Shown piece by piece: positions 1 to 9,888 of a DNA stretch of 64,000 nt. The stretch comes from Chryseobacterium gleum (GTDB lineage: Bacteria > Bacteroidota > Bacteroidia > Flavobacteriales_C > GCA-002722245), in NCBI GenBank assembly GCA_945871895.1, contig CAMBXP010000001.1:373-64372 (forward strand), written 5' to 3'. Every line of letters begins with the position of its first letter. Positions within the stretch are counted from its first letter, which is position 1. The position numbers and the translations under genes were made by a program. Below the pieces are notes generated by a model. That model was not told where the DNA came from. It did not search any database and worked only from the letters and a program-made list of their open reading frames with translations.

Positions 1-3
1 GCG

Positions 4-2745
4 ATGTTCAAAGTTCAAGGTTCAAAGTTCAATGTTCCGGGAGACGTACATTTCTTGGCATGGACGACCACTCCATGGACGCTTCCTTCGAATACAGCCT
101 TGGCTGTGGGACCGAAGATTGAGTATGTGTTGGTAAAAACTTTTAATCAATATACGCACGAGGCGATTCAAGTTATTTTGGCGAAGCCTTTATTGGCGAA
201 ACAATTCGCTGGTAAATTCGAGGAAAGTGAAACTTTAGAATACAAAGAAGGCGATAAAAAAATTCCTTTTAAAGTTGTGAAATCTTTTGTGGGTGCAGAT
301 TTAGTGGGTATTCAGTACGAACAATTGTTGCCTTACGCATTGCCTTTCGAAAATGCTGATAAAGCTTTTAGAGTAATTCCTGGTGATTTCGTTACCACCG
401 AAGATGGTACGGGTATCGTACACATTGCGCCGACCTTTGGTGCCGATGATGCCAAGGTGGCGAAAGACGCAGGAGTGCCAGGTATGTTGGTGTTGAACGC
501 AGAAGGCAATCCTGTTCCTGTAGTTGATTTACAAGGAAAATTCGTTGCACAAATGGGCGAGTTGGCTGGTAAATTTGTGAAGAATGAATATTATTTGGCT
601 GGTGAAGAACCTGAAAAATCGGTAGATGTAGAGATTTCTATCAAACTGAAAACTGAAAACAAGGCATTCAAAGTTGAGAAATACGAACACAGTTATCCGC
701 ATTGCTGGAGAACCGATAAACCCGTTTTGTATTATCCTTTGGATTCATGGTTTATCAAGGCTTCTTCTATGAAAGAGCGCATGAGCGAATTGAATAAAAC
801 CATCAACTGGAAACCGGCAAGTACTGGTACTGGTCGATTTGGTAACTGGTTAGATAATTTGAACGATTGGAATTTATCGCGTTCACGTTACTGGGGCATA
901 CCGATACCAGTTTGGAGCAATGAGAGTGGGGAACAGATTTGCATTGGTTCGGTTGAAGAATTGAAAAACGAATGTGCTAAAGCTGTTGCTGCTGGCGTGA
1001 TGAAAAGCAATCCGTTGGAGACTTTCGTTCCAGGAGATTTCAGCAAAGAGAATTACAACATTTTAGATTTACATAAAAACTTCGTTGATCAAATCACCTT
1101 GGTTTCTTCTACAGGTAAGCTTTTGAAACGCGAAAGCGATTTGATTGATGTGTGGTTCGATTCGGGTGCTATGCCTTACGCGCAATGGCATTATCCTTTT
1201 GAGAACAAAGAATTGATTGACAACAACAAAGCTTTTCCTGCCGATTTTATCGCCGAAGGTGTTGACCAAACACGCGGTTGGTTCTATACTTTGCATGCTA
1301 TTGCTACCATGTGTTTTGATAGCGTTGCATTTAAAAATGTGGTGTCGAATGGTTTAGTTCTCGATAAGAACGGTCAGAAAATGAGCAAGCGTTTGGGTAA
1401 CGCTATCGACCCATTTGTGACTTTAGATAAATATGGTGCCGATGCAACACGTTGGTACATGATTTCGAATGCTCAACCTTGGGACAATTTGAAATTCGAT
1501 TTAGATGGAATCACTGAAGTTCAAAGAAGATTCTTTGGGACTTTATACAATACTTATCAGTTCTTCGCTTTGTACGCAAACCTAGATGGATTCAATTATT
1601 CAGAAGTTGAAGTGCCTTTAAACGAAAGACCAGAAATCGACCGTTGGATTATTTCAAAATTGAATTCATTAATTAAAGAGGTTGACAATCATTGGGCAGA
1701 TTACGAACCAACTAAAGCGGCGCGTGCTATTCAAGATTTTGTGAGCGAGCAGTTGAGTAACTGGTATGTGCGTTTGTGCAGAAGACGCTTCTGGAAAGGC
1801 GATTATGGCTTGGATAAACGAGCTGCTTACCAAACATTGTACACTTGTTTAGAAGTGGTTTCGCAGTTATCTGCTCCATTGGCGCCATTCTTCATGGATC
1901 AATTGTTTAGAGATTTAAACGCAGTAACCAATAAACATAAAGTAGAATCGGTTCACTTGAGCGACTTCCCTGCGGTAAATGAAAGTGCGATTGATACTGA
2001 TCTTGAACAAAGAATGGAATTGGCTCAATCTTTCTCATCAATGGTGTTGAGCTTGAGAAAAAAATACAAAATCAAGGTTCGGCAACCTTTGCAAAAAATT
2101 ATGATTCCTATTTTGGATGAGAAATTTAAATTGCAGGTGGAGGCCATTAAAGATTTGATTTTATCGGAAGTGAACGTGAAGGATTTGGAGTACCTCACTG
2201 AGGATTCTGGCATTTTGGTGAAGAAAATAAAGGCCAATTTTAAAGTGCTCGGACCTAAGTACCAAAAGCAAATGAAACAGATTGCAGCGGCGGTGGCGAA
2301 ATTTAATAAAGCCGATATTGCAACCCTGGAAAGAACTAATGCGTTCGACCTCGATATTGAAGGAGAGAAAATAATTCTTACTTTAGAAGACGTTGAAATT
2401 TTGTCGGAAGATATTCCAGGGTGGGCAGTAGCCAATGAAGGAAGATTGACTGTGGCTTTAGACATGACTATTTCTCCTCTATTGCGAGAAGAAGGGATTG
2501 CCAGAGAGCTAGTGAACAGAGTTCAAAACTTGCGTAAGGACAGAGATTTTGAGCTAACCGACAGAATATCTTTGAAAATTAAAACGGTAGAAGGTATAGT
2601 AGCTGCGATTGACAATAATAAAAATTACATTTGTAGCGAAGTGTTAGCCGATAATGTAGAGTGGGTATTGAGCTTGGAGAGTGGGGTTGAGGTGGAAGTA
2701 GATGAAGATTTAAAAACCGAAATAAGTATTGATAAATTAAATTAG
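4..2745 (+). CDS. ileS: Isoleucyl-tRNA synthetase, C-terminal ~913 aa; the 5' end lies outside the window
   Basis: The translation has the WTTTPWTLPSN editing-domain motif, the KMSKRLGN (KMSKS) motif and a long C-terminal extension typical of Bacteroidetes IleRS. The ORF runs to the window edge. Confidence 0.95.
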   Translation: MFKVQGSKFNVPGDVHFLAWTTTPWTLPSNTALAVGPKIEYVLVKTFNQYTHEAIQVILAKPLLAKQFAGKFEESETLEYKEGDKKIPFKVVKSFVGADLVGIQYEQLLPYALPFENADKAFRVIPGDFVTTEDGTGIVHIAPTFGADDAKVAKDAGVPGMLVLNAEGNPVPVVDLQGKFVAQMGELAGKFVKNEYYLAGEEPEKSVDVEISIKLKTENKAFKVEKYEHSYPHCWRTDKPVLYYPLDSWFIKASSMKERMSELNKTINWKPASTGTGRFGNWLDNLNDWNLSRSRYWGIPIPVWSNESGEQICIGSVEELKNECAKAVAAGVMKSNPLETFVPGDFSKENYNILDLHKNFVDQITLVSSTGKLLKRESDLIDVWFDSGAMPYAQWHYPFENKELIDNNKAFPADFIAEGVDQTRGWFYTLHAIATMCFDSVAFKNVVSNGLVLDKNGQKMSKRLGNAIDPFVTLDKYGADATRWYMISNAQPWDNLKFDLDGITEVQRRFFGTLYNTYQFFALYANLDGFNYSEVEVPLNERPEIDRWIISKLNSLIKEVDNHWADYEPTKAARAIQDFVSEQLSNWYVRLCRRRFWKGDYGLDKRAAYQTLYTCLEVVSQLSAPLAPFFMDQLFRDLNAVTNKHKVESVHLSDFPAVNESAIDTDLEQRMELAQSFSSMVLSLRKKYKIKVRQPLQKIMIPILDEKFKLQVEAIKDLILSEVNVKDLEYLTEDSGILVKKIKANFKVLGPKYQKQMKQIAAAVAKFNKADIATLERTNAFDLDIEGEKIILTLEDVEILSEDIPGWAVANEGRLTVALDMTISPLLREEGIARELVNRVQNLRKDRDFELTDRISLKIKTVEGIVAAIDNNKNYICSEVLADNVEWVLSLESGVEVEVDEDLKTEISIDKLN

Positions 2746-2750
2746 GGTTT

Positions 2751-3152
2751 ATGGCAGCAGCAAAAAAAGGCAAAGAAGAAAAAGTTAGATACTCAGACAA
2801 AGAGCTAGCTGAATTCAAAAAAATCATCCTTGATAAAATCGAGGAAGCCGAAGTAGATTTAAAACATTTTCAAGGCCAGTTAGACCATTCTGATGAGTCG
2901 GATACAGAAAGTGCTGGTACGGCTAATATGATGGAAGATGGTGGCGAATCTATGAACCGCGAGAAAATTGCGTCATTGGCTCACCGTCAGCGTAAATTCA
3001 TCATGCAATTGCAAGCTGCTTTGGTAAGAATTGAAAACCACACCTACGGTGTTTGCAGAGAAAGTGGTAAATTAATTTCTAAGGAGAGATTGAAAATTGT
3101 TCCTCATACTACCTTAAGTATCGAAGCAAAAATTGCACAGTCGAAAGGTTAA
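2751..3152 (+). CDS. DksA/TraR-family C4-type zinc-finger protein
   Basis: 133 aa, lysine-rich N-terminus, a coiled-coil-like middle and a C-terminal C-x2-C...C region. It sits between ileS and lspA, the conserved Bacteroidetes position for this gene. Confidence 0.55.
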   Translation: MAAAKKGKEEKVRYSDKELAEFKKIILDKIEEAEVDLKHFQGQLDHSDESDTESAGTANMMEDGGESMNREKIASLAHRQRKFIMQLQAALVRIENHTYGVCRESGKLISKERLKIVPHTTLSIEAKIAQSKG

Positions 3153-3863
3153 TTGATGGAGGAGCAGGGCAATACATCGCAGCTTAAAAAAGCGCTCATC
3201 ACCATTTTTGCTGTTCTATTTGTAGATCAGCTGGTGAAGTTTTACGTGAAAACGAATTTCGCTTATGGCGATTCATTTGATTTTTTGGGCTTAAGTTGGT
3301 TTCAAATTCAATTCGTTGAAAATCCGGGCATGGCCTTCGGTTGGGAGATTCCTTTTCTACCCAAAGATGGCGCTAAATTGTTGCTTACTTCTTTTAGAAT
3401 AGTTGCTGTAAGTTTGATTGCTTATTACTTGTGGCAAAAAATTAAGAGTGGTAAAATAGGGGGCATGGTGTATAGCTTGGCCTTGATTTTGGCCGGAGCG
3501 ATAGGTAATATCATCGACAGTGTTTTTTACGGTAAAATTTTCTCTGATAGTGACTATCATATTATGGAGCCCGCATCTTTCTTACCCGATTTCAGTGGTA
3601 AAGTAGGCTTCTTAAAAGGAGAAGTAGTGGATATGTTCTTCTTCTCGGCGCGTTACCCCGAATGGATGCCCTTTGATTTGGGTGGCGGTTACATTTTTCC
3701 TCCAATTTTTAATGTTGCCGATTCGGCGATTACCATTGGTGTTTTAATGATTTTATTGTTTCAGAGAAGATATTTCAGAGAGCAGTTTTTGGTGGATGAA
3801 GAACCTGTTGCTACTCAAAAAACTGCGACTGATACTGTTATCTCTACAGAAAATAATCAATAA
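3153..3863 (+). CDS. lspA: Lipoprotein signal peptidase II
   Basis: Multi-pass membrane protein with LspA-like motifs (NPGMAFGW, NIIDSVFYG, VVDMF, FNVADSAI) and an extended C-terminus. Confidence 0.85.
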   Translation: MMEEQGNTSQLKKALITIFAVLFVDQLVKFYVKTNFAYGDSFDFLGLSWFQIQFVENPGMAFGWEIPFLPKDGAKLLLTSFRIVAVSLIAYYLWQKIKSGKIGGMVYSLALILAGAIGNIIDSVFYGKIFSDSDYHIMEPASFLPDFSGKVGFLKGEVVDMFFFSARYPEWMPFDLGGGYIFPPIFNVADSAITIGVLMILLFQRRYFREQFLVDEEPVATQKTATDTVISTENNQ

Positions 3864-3877
3864 TTTATTTATCATCA

Positions 3878-3978
3878 GGGCAATAGTTCCTTCGGAGTAC
3901 CTCAGGATGACAACCGTCCTTAAAAGGCAGCACTTACAAAGCTTGTCATCCTGAGGTACTCCGAAGGAACTATTGCCC
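3878..3978. repeat. 101-bp near-perfect palindrome (about 36-bp arms) between the convergent lspA and hddC-like genes; a member of the GGTACCTC/GTCAT repeat family
   Basis: gggcaatagttccttcggagtacctcaggatgacaa...ttgtcatcctgaggtactccgaaggaactattgccc read directly from the sequence. Confidence 0.8.
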
Positions 3979-3994
3979 TACTCGTAAATTCTAT

Positions 3995-4693
3995 TCAATA
4001 GTTATTTCTAAAATCCAACTGCACCTTCTCGTAATCCTCAGGAATACCAATATCTATAAAGTACCCATTGAATTCGAAAGCATAAAAATGTTTAGAGGAA
4101 AAGTATTTTTCCATATACTCTTTTTCCATCGAGAATTTTTGAGGAAGTTGCATTGCTAAGAATTTTGCTCTATTCATTATATATACACCTGCATTGATGA
4201 TTCCTTCATGCACAGCGCGTTTTTCCTCGAAAGCAGTAATTCTGTTGTCCTTGGTTTGAATGATACCGTAGCGATTGAAGTTGTACATCTTTTTAGCCGC
4301 TATAGAGAATTCGCTTTGTGCTGTGATGTGTTGCGTGGCCAAACTTTGCAAATCCACCTCAAAAAAGGTATCGCCATTCAAAATTACTACATGTTCAGCG
4401 GTGCATTTTTGCAATGCCAACTGAATTCCGCCACCTGTTCCTAATGGTTCTTGCTCATGAGCGTATTGAATTTGGAGTGATTTATAATGGGTACCGAAGT
4501 GGGAAAAAATAACTTCGTGTTTGTATCCGGTAGATAAAACAACGATTTCTATGCCTTGTTGAATACAGTAATCGAGAATATATTGCAGAAAGGGTTTGCC
4601 GTTAACTGGAGCCATAGGTTTGGGAACATCGGCCACTACTTTTTGCAATCGAGTGCCAAATCCGCCGGCCAATATGATTACTTCCTTAATCAA
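3995..4693 (-). CDS. Sugar-phosphate nucleotidyltransferase, candidate D-glycero-alpha-D-manno-heptose-1-phosphate guanylyltransferase (HddC-like)
   Basis: N-terminal ILAGGFGTRL nucleotide-binding motif of the NTP_transferase family, adjacent to gmhA and a GHMP kinase. Confidence 0.6.
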   Translation of the reverse strand: MIKEVIILAGGFGTRLQKVVADVPKPMAPVNGKPFLQYILDYCIQQGIEIVVLSTGYKHEVIFSHFGTHYKSLQIQYAHEQEPLGTGGGIQLALQKCTAEHVVILNGDTFFEVDLQSLATQHITAQSEFSIAAKKMYNFNRYGIIQTKDNRITAFEEKRAVHEGIINAGVYIMNRAKFLAMQLPQKFSMEKEYMEKYFSSKHFYAFEFNGYFIDIGIPEDYEKVQLDFRNNY

Positions 4694-4826
4694 AAGTCAA
4701 AAGTTAAAATTCAAAAGCCAAAAAAGTGGCTTTGTATATGTGCGTACTTCGTTTATTGTTTTTTGGCTTATAGCTTCCGTTGGTGGACGGACAGGTTTCA
4801 CTTTTTGGCTTATAGCTTTTCACTTT

Positions 4827-5408
4827 TTACTTTCCCCTAGGGAACATTTTAGCTTCTACAATTTCGCAGATTGCGTGACCAAGTAACATATGCACCTCTT
4901 GAATACGAGGCGTATCTGTAGATGGAATATTCATTAAATAATCGCAGCAATCTTTCATTTTACCTCCTGTTTCGCCAGTCATAGCAATAACGATCATGCC
5001 TTGTTTTTTAGCTTGTTCGAAAGCTTTCACCACGTTGCCAGAGTTGCCTGATGTTGACATACCAATTAAGATATCGCCTTTGCGTCCTTTGGCTTGAATC
5101 AATCGAGCATAAATTTCGTCGTAAGAGTAATCGTTGGCAACAGCCGTAACATAAGAGGTGTTAACGTGCAATGCCTCAGAAAATAATGGCGCTCTATCGT
5201 AATAAAATCTTCCGCTAAATTCGGCAGCTAAATGTTGCGCATCTGCGGCGCTGCCGCCATTTCCACAAAATAAAACTTTACCATCGGCTTTAAAACATTT
5301 TACAATTTCATCGGCTACTTTCAGGGTGAGCTCCAGCATTGCCGGAGAGTTCAACACCTTGGTTTTAAGTGCTATTGAATCTTGAACGATTCGTTTTAAA
5401 TTTTCCAT
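4827..5408 (-). CDS. gmhA: Phosphoheptose isomerase (SIS domain)
   Basis: GNGGSAADAQHLAAE and the MSTSGNSGN SIS motif are diagnostic of GmhA. Confidence 0.85.
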   Translation of the reverse strand: MENLKRIVQDSIALKTKVLNSPAMLELTLKVADEIVKCFKADGKVLFCGNGGSAADAQHLAAEFSGRFYYDRAPLFSEALHVNTSYVTAVANDYSYDEIYARLIQAKGRKGDILIGMSTSGNSGNVVKAFEQAKKQGMIVIAMTGETGGKMKDCCDYLMNIPSTDTPRIQEVHMLLGHAICEIVEAKMFPRGK

Positions 5409-6418
5409 GTTTGCAATCCGCCTTTAGTAAATAAAAATTCTTTAACAGCGCCATCATATTTGGTCAGTGCAGCTTTAACGTTATAGTGTGAGTTGTTCGG
5501 ACAATAAAACATCATGAATCCGCCGCCGCCTGCACCCGATATTTTACCACCTGTGGCACCGGCTTTTATCATTTCTTCATATAGGTTATCTATCATGGGG
5601 TTGCTTATGCCATCGGCCATTTGCTTTTTAAACTTCCAACCATGGTCTAATATTTCACCCACTCTGCTTAGTTCTCCGCGCAACAAAGCTTCTTTCATAT
5701 TGATGGCTTGTTGTTTTAGTTGATGAGTAGCCTCCAACGACTTTTCTTGCTTCGCGTTGATGTTTTTGGTTTGTTGCTCTATGATGGTAGATGAATTACG
5801 GCTAGTAGAGGTGTGAAAAAGCACCAAATTTGTTTCCAACTCACACACAAAACGTTCTTTAACCCTAAGTGGATTTACGATCACTTTGTCGTTGGCAAAG
5901 AACTCCATGAAGTTGAATCCACCAAAAGTGGCGGCGTATTGGTCTTGTCGGCCACCTGCCATTTTTAAATCAACTCGTTCTATTTCATAAGCCAAATGCG
6001 CAATATCGTATTCTCCTAAAGGCAATGATAACCATTCGGCAAAAGCGCCTACAATCGCTACAACTAAGGTAGACGAAGATCCTAAACCCGAACCGGGAGG
6101 CGCATCTACGTAGGTTTGTAATTCAAAACTCAATGGTTTTTTAACAAAATCGCGAACGATTCTATTGTATACACCCTTGAGCAAATCGAGTTCCCCATTG
6201 ATTTCTAGCTGTTCTTCGCTTTTAAGTTCCAATCGTCCATTGCCATCGCGGGCATGCAACACTATCTTGCCGTCTTCCCTAGGAATGATATTGGCAAAAG
6301 CAAAAGAGTTAATGGTAGCGTTTAGAATGGCGCCGCCGTACAAATCAGCGTACGGACTAACATCTGTACCACCCCCTGCGAGGCCTATTCTAAGTGGAGC
6401 GCGACTGCGAATTATCAT
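5396..6418 (-). CDS. GHMP-family sugar kinase, candidate D-glycero-alpha-D-manno-heptose-7-phosphate kinase (HddA-like)
   Basis: PLRIGLAGGGTD and the GSGLGSSS GHMP ATP-binding motif. It overlaps gmhA by 13 nt, consistent with one operon. Confidence 0.75.
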   Translation of the reverse strand: MIIRSRAPLRIGLAGGGTDVSPYADLYGGAILNATINSFAFANIIPREDGKIVLHARDGNGRLELKSEEQLEINGELDLLKGVYNRIVRDFVKKPLSFELQTYVDAPPGSGLGSSSTLVVAIVGAFAEWLSLPLGEYDIAHLAYEIERVDLKMAGGRQDQYAATFGGFNFMEFFANDKVIVNPLRVKERFVCELETNLVLFHTSTSRNSSTIIEQQTKNINAKQEKSLEATHQLKQQAINMKEALLRGELSRVGEILDHGWKFKKQMADGISNPMIDNLYEEMIKAGATGGKISGAGGGGFMMFYCPNNSHYNVKAALTKYDGAVKEFLFTKGGLQTWKI

Positions 6419-6482
6419 TTTTTAAATTTACGCTAATATAAAGGAACTCAACATATTTTTAAATAAAAGCACTATTATTTAT

Positions 6483-6490
6483 TACATTTG
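6483..6490 (+). promoter_or_regulatory. Candidate Bacteroidetes sigma-A -7 element (TAnnTTTG) upstream of wza
   Basis: TACATTTG lies 16 nt upstream of the ATG at 6506. Confidence 0.3.
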
Positions 6491-6505
6491 CACAAATTTG
6501 AAAGA

Positions 6506-8821
6506 ATGATAAGGATATCTCTATTTTTATTTTTTTGTGCCATAGCGTTAAATTTTCAAGCGCAATCGATTGGTGGAATCGACCCTACAACCTTAACCAA
6601 CAGCGATATCAAAAAGTTGGGTTTTGGCGGTACGGATATACAAAGTTTGAAAAGTGAAATCAAGGCTCCTACAGATAACAAAGTAAAGCCAAAAGTGACT
6701 GATACTATTCAAGATGTGGAAGACGTATCAAAGAAAGTACCGGAGCCCAAAGATTCAGCTATTTTGGCTCAACAAGAATTAAATAGCTATAAAACGACCT
6801 ATGGCAAAAGCTTCTTTCAAAACGAAAATCTGAAAATATTTAAATCGGCTTCTCACGTAAAGGCTGCCGACGATTATATATTGGGAACTGGTGATGAATT
6901 AACCATTGCTATTTGGGGTTATGCCGAGGCTTCATTATCTGAAAGGATTAGTGATGATGGTGCTATTCATCCAAATTTGGTGGGTAAAATATATTTGAGC
7001 GGACTCACCTTAGCGGAGGCACGTAAGGTCATTAAGGCTAAGTACGGGGCAGTTTATGACTTAAAAAACTCGCAAATTAGCATTGAGATTAAGTTCGCCA
7101 AAACAATCATGGTGAATATAGTAGGTGAAGTAGCTGTGCCTGGTACCTATAGTGTTTCTGCTGTTAACTCGGCATTTAACGTTTTGAGTTTGGCTGGTGG
7201 ACTTACCGATTTGGCAAGTGTGCGTAACATTGTTATAAAGCGCGACAATAAAGTCTTTAAAGTCTTAGATGTATATAAATTTTTGCAAGATCCGGCTGTA
7301 GTTAATGATTTCTATCTAAAAAACAATGACTATATTATAGTTCAACCTGCCGCTAAATTGGTATTTGTTAAAGGTGAAGTTGGAAGAACGGGCAAATATG
7401 AACTTACTAAAAATGAAGGCTTGGCCGATGTGATAAAGTTTGCTGGCGGTTTAGGAAGTCAGGCTTTTACTGAAAAAGCATCTGTTATTCGTGTAGACAC
7501 CAATCACCTTGTAGTTAAAGATTTAAATTTAAAGGCTGCCTTAGAAGGCAAACTGGTTGCTCTCAAGAATGGCGACACGGTGTTGATTTCTGAAGTGAAT
7601 TCTACTCTTAGAAATTATGTAGAAGTTAGCGGAGCTGTTCAACTTGCAGGTCGTTTTCAGCACATTAAAGGAGAAAAGGTGAGTCACTTATTGGCACGTG
7701 CTCAAGGTTTGCGTTTCGACGCATATATGGGAAGAGCTTATGTTATTCGAAGTTATCAAGGGGGCGAAAGAAAATATTTTCAAATCAATTTAAATGAAAT
7801 AGAAAAAGATTCTAATTCTGCTGATAATATTGTGTTAGAAGATTTGGATAAAATTAGAGTTTTTTCAGCTTTAGATTTTTTCGATCCTTATACTGTTGAA
7901 ATTCGCGGAGCAGTTCGTCGTGAGGGTAAGTTAGAATACAGTGATAACCTAACGCTACAAGATGTTATTTTCTTTTTTGGCGGCTTAAAAAACGAAGCAG
8001 CTAACAACAGAATTGAAATTTCAAGATGGGTTAATTATATTGAAGTTAAAGACAATAGTGCTCCAATAGAGGTGATTGTGGAAACTTACGATGTGTCTGA
8101 TGACTTATCATTAAATATGCTGAAGGAAGTGAAATTGAGGCCGATGGATAAGATATTTGTGCGTTATGTTCAAGATTATCAAACGCAACCAATTGTTGTG
8201 CTTCGCGGACAAATTAAATATCCTGGAACGTATGCTTTGTTGAATACTAAAGAAACAATTAAAGATGTTATTGAAAGAGCAGGAGGGTTGAATGAAGGTG
8301 CTTTTTTAGAAGGTGCAAAAATGTATAGATCTATGGATGAGCGGGGAGAATTGGTGGTGAATTTTCATGAATTGTTTGTAAAGGGGAAAGAACAATACAA
8401 TTATGTTTTGCGTCATGGAGATACTATTACAGTTCCTAAGATTGATGATATTATTGCCATTCGTGGAGAAGTAGGTAGTGTTTCTGTGGCCGAACGCGAA
8501 GTTCAGAATGCCCCATTTACAAAAGGAAAAAGAGCTAGATATTATATCTCAGAATACGCAGGTGGATTTACTAAGGAAGCGTCAAGAAGCAAAGTTTATG
8601 TGATCAGTTCTAGTGGTAGTGTAAAGAAAAGTAGAAATTTTGGTTTGTTTAAAATTTATCCAAGAGTGAAAAGAGGTGATAAAATTACGGTGGCACGTAA
8701 AAAACAAAAGGAAGAAATTGAGACAGTACCGCTTGATTGGAACAAAACTATTGAAGCGCTAACGGTAAAGGTAACTGGGGTGATGACGCTTTATTTATTA
8801 TTTAAAAACGTGTTCAAATAA
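6506..8821 (+). CDS. wza: Polysaccharide export outer-membrane protein (Wza/BexD family with multiple SLBB domains)
   Basis: Signal peptide MIRISLFLFFCAIALNFQAQ followed by repeated SLBB-like segments (GEV..PG.Y). The track ORF begins at a TTG at 6488; the ATG at 6506 is the more likely start. Confidence 0.85.
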   Translation: MIRISLFLFFCAIALNFQAQSIGGIDPTTLTNSDIKKLGFGGTDIQSLKSEIKAPTDNKVKPKVTDTIQDVEDVSKKVPEPKDSAILAQQELNSYKTTYGKSFFQNENLKIFKSASHVKAADDYILGTGDELTIAIWGYAEASLSERISDDGAIHPNLVGKIYLSGLTLAEARKVIKAKYGAVYDLKNSQISIEIKFAKTIMVNIVGEVAVPGTYSVSAVNSAFNVLSLAGGLTDLASVRNIVIKRDNKVFKVLDVYKFLQDPAVVNDFYLKNNDYIIVQPAAKLVFVKGEVGRTGKYELTKNEGLADVIKFAGGLGSQAFTEKASVIRVDTNHLVVKDLNLKAALEGKLVALKNGDTVLISEVNSTLRNYVEVSGAVQLAGRFQHIKGEKVSHLLARAQGLRFDAYMGRAYVIRSYQGGERKYFQINLNEIEKDSNSADNIVLEDLDKIRVFSALDFFDPYTVEIRGAVRREGKLEYSDNLTLQDVIFFFGGLKNEAANNRIEISRWVNYIEVKDNSAPIEVIVETYDVSDDLSLNMLKEVKLRPMDKIFVRYVQDYQTQPIVVLRGQIKYPGTYALLNTKETIKDVIERAGGLNEGAFLEGAKMYRSMDERGELVVNFHELFVKGKEQYNYVLRHGDTITVPKIDDIIAIRGEVGSVSVAEREVQNAPFTKGKRARYYISEYAGGFTKEASRSKVYVISSSGSVKKSRNFGLFKIYPRVKRGDKITVARKKQKEEIETVPLDWNKTIEALTVKVTGVMTLYLLFKNVFK

Positions 8822-8837
8822 TATAAGTTTATTTGTT

Positions 8838-9869
8838 TTGGAAGAGAAAGAATATACCATAGAAAGTTTTATAATTAAGGTAAGAACTACAGTACTTACC
8901 TTAAAGAAGAAGTGGCTGTTTATAGGCATTTCGATGGCCATTTTTGTTTTCCTATTCGTTTTCTTTCGCTCGCAGTCGTATGTAGCCGAAAGTTCAATTT
9001 TTTTGAAAAATTCAAAACAATCTAAATTGTTTAGCATAGCTTCTACCTTAGGATTAGGGGGTGAAACAGAAGTTTCTTTCGACAAGATTAAAAGTGTTGT
9101 GGAGTCTGATTATATCTTAAATCAATTGTTGTTCACCAAGATTAAGTTAAAAAAGAAGGAAGATTACTTGTACAATCATTTAGTTGATTTTCGCAAATTT
9201 GATAAATCTTACAAAATTACTGATCCTCAATCTAAACATAAGGTTTCAGATGAGTCGCAGTTCATTCAAGACTCTATTTCCTTGCTTTTTGCAAAAGCAC
9301 TTAAAACCTCCATTAGTGTTATGGAAAACAAAGAGCAATTGATTGTTATTGGTGTTAAAAATAAGTCGGAAGAAATGGCTGTTGAAACAAACAGAGCATT
9401 AATTAAATTGATTTTGCAATTCTTTAAAGATGTAGAAATTAAAGATGATTTGCATTCTCAGAAGGTATTGCAAAACCGCCTCGATTCAGTTAAAGACCGA
9501 TTGCTTTATGTTGAAAGTGCCAATGCCAGCATCGTAGATCATTCTGTTAATATGGTTAGAACAGCTGGCTTACTTGAAAAAAGAAGAAGTGAACGCGATC
9601 TTAGAATTTTGAATGAAATGTATATCGAGATTATGAAGCAACTGGAGATCATGAATTTTAAATTGCTAGATAAAAAATCGCCTATTTATGTACTTAGCAG
9701 TCCGCGCTACCCTTTGGTTCCTAAAAAAAGATCGCTTTTGGTTTCCATCATCATTGGTTCTTTGTTAGGTTTTGTTGTCTCGTCTTCTTTTGTTTTAATG
9801 AAACAAAGGTATAAGTCGGCTATAGCTCAAATAAAAGGTGCCAGGCACCCCGCAGAAATTACCACGTAA
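8838..9869 (+). CDS. Polysaccharide chain-length determinant (Wzz-like, TM-periplasmic-TM)
   Basis: N-terminal TM helix (IGISMAIFVFLFVFF), a long coiled region and a C-terminal TM helix (LLVSIIIGSLLGFVV). Confidence 0.6.
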   Translation: MEEKEYTIESFIIKVRTTVLTLKKKWLFIGISMAIFVFLFVFFRSQSYVAESSIFLKNSKQSKLFSIASTLGLGGETEVSFDKIKSVVESDYILNQLLFTKIKLKKKEDYLYNHLVDFRKFDKSYKITDPQSKHKVSDESQFIQDSISLLFAKALKTSISVMENKEQLIVIGVKNKSEEMAVETNRALIKLILQFFKDVEIKDDLHSQKVLQNRLDSVKDRLLYVESANASIVDHSVNMVRTAGLLEKRRSERDLRILNEMYIEIMKQLEIMNFKLLDKKSPIYVLSSPRYPLVPKKRSLLVSIIIGSLLGFVVSSSFVLMKQRYKSAIAQIKGARHPAEITT

Positions 9870-9888
9870 TAAATTCACATAAGTTAAG

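Noticed and set aside
1069-2827. Minus-strand ORFs 1069..1296, 2025..2465 and 2579..2827
   Set aside because: They are antisense within ileS, which is unambiguous. No independent support.
4208-4886. Plus-strand ORFs 4208..4444, 4556..4840 and 4596..4886
   Set aside because: They mostly overlap the nucleotidyltransferase gene on the opposite strand. The residual 133-bp gap to gmhA is ordinary intergenic DNA.
6488-6505. TTG-initiated 5' extension of wza (MHKFER...)
   Set aside because: The ATG at 6506 yields a clean signal peptide (MIRISLFLFFCAIALNF). The extension adds charged residues before it and overlaps the candidate -7 promoter element.
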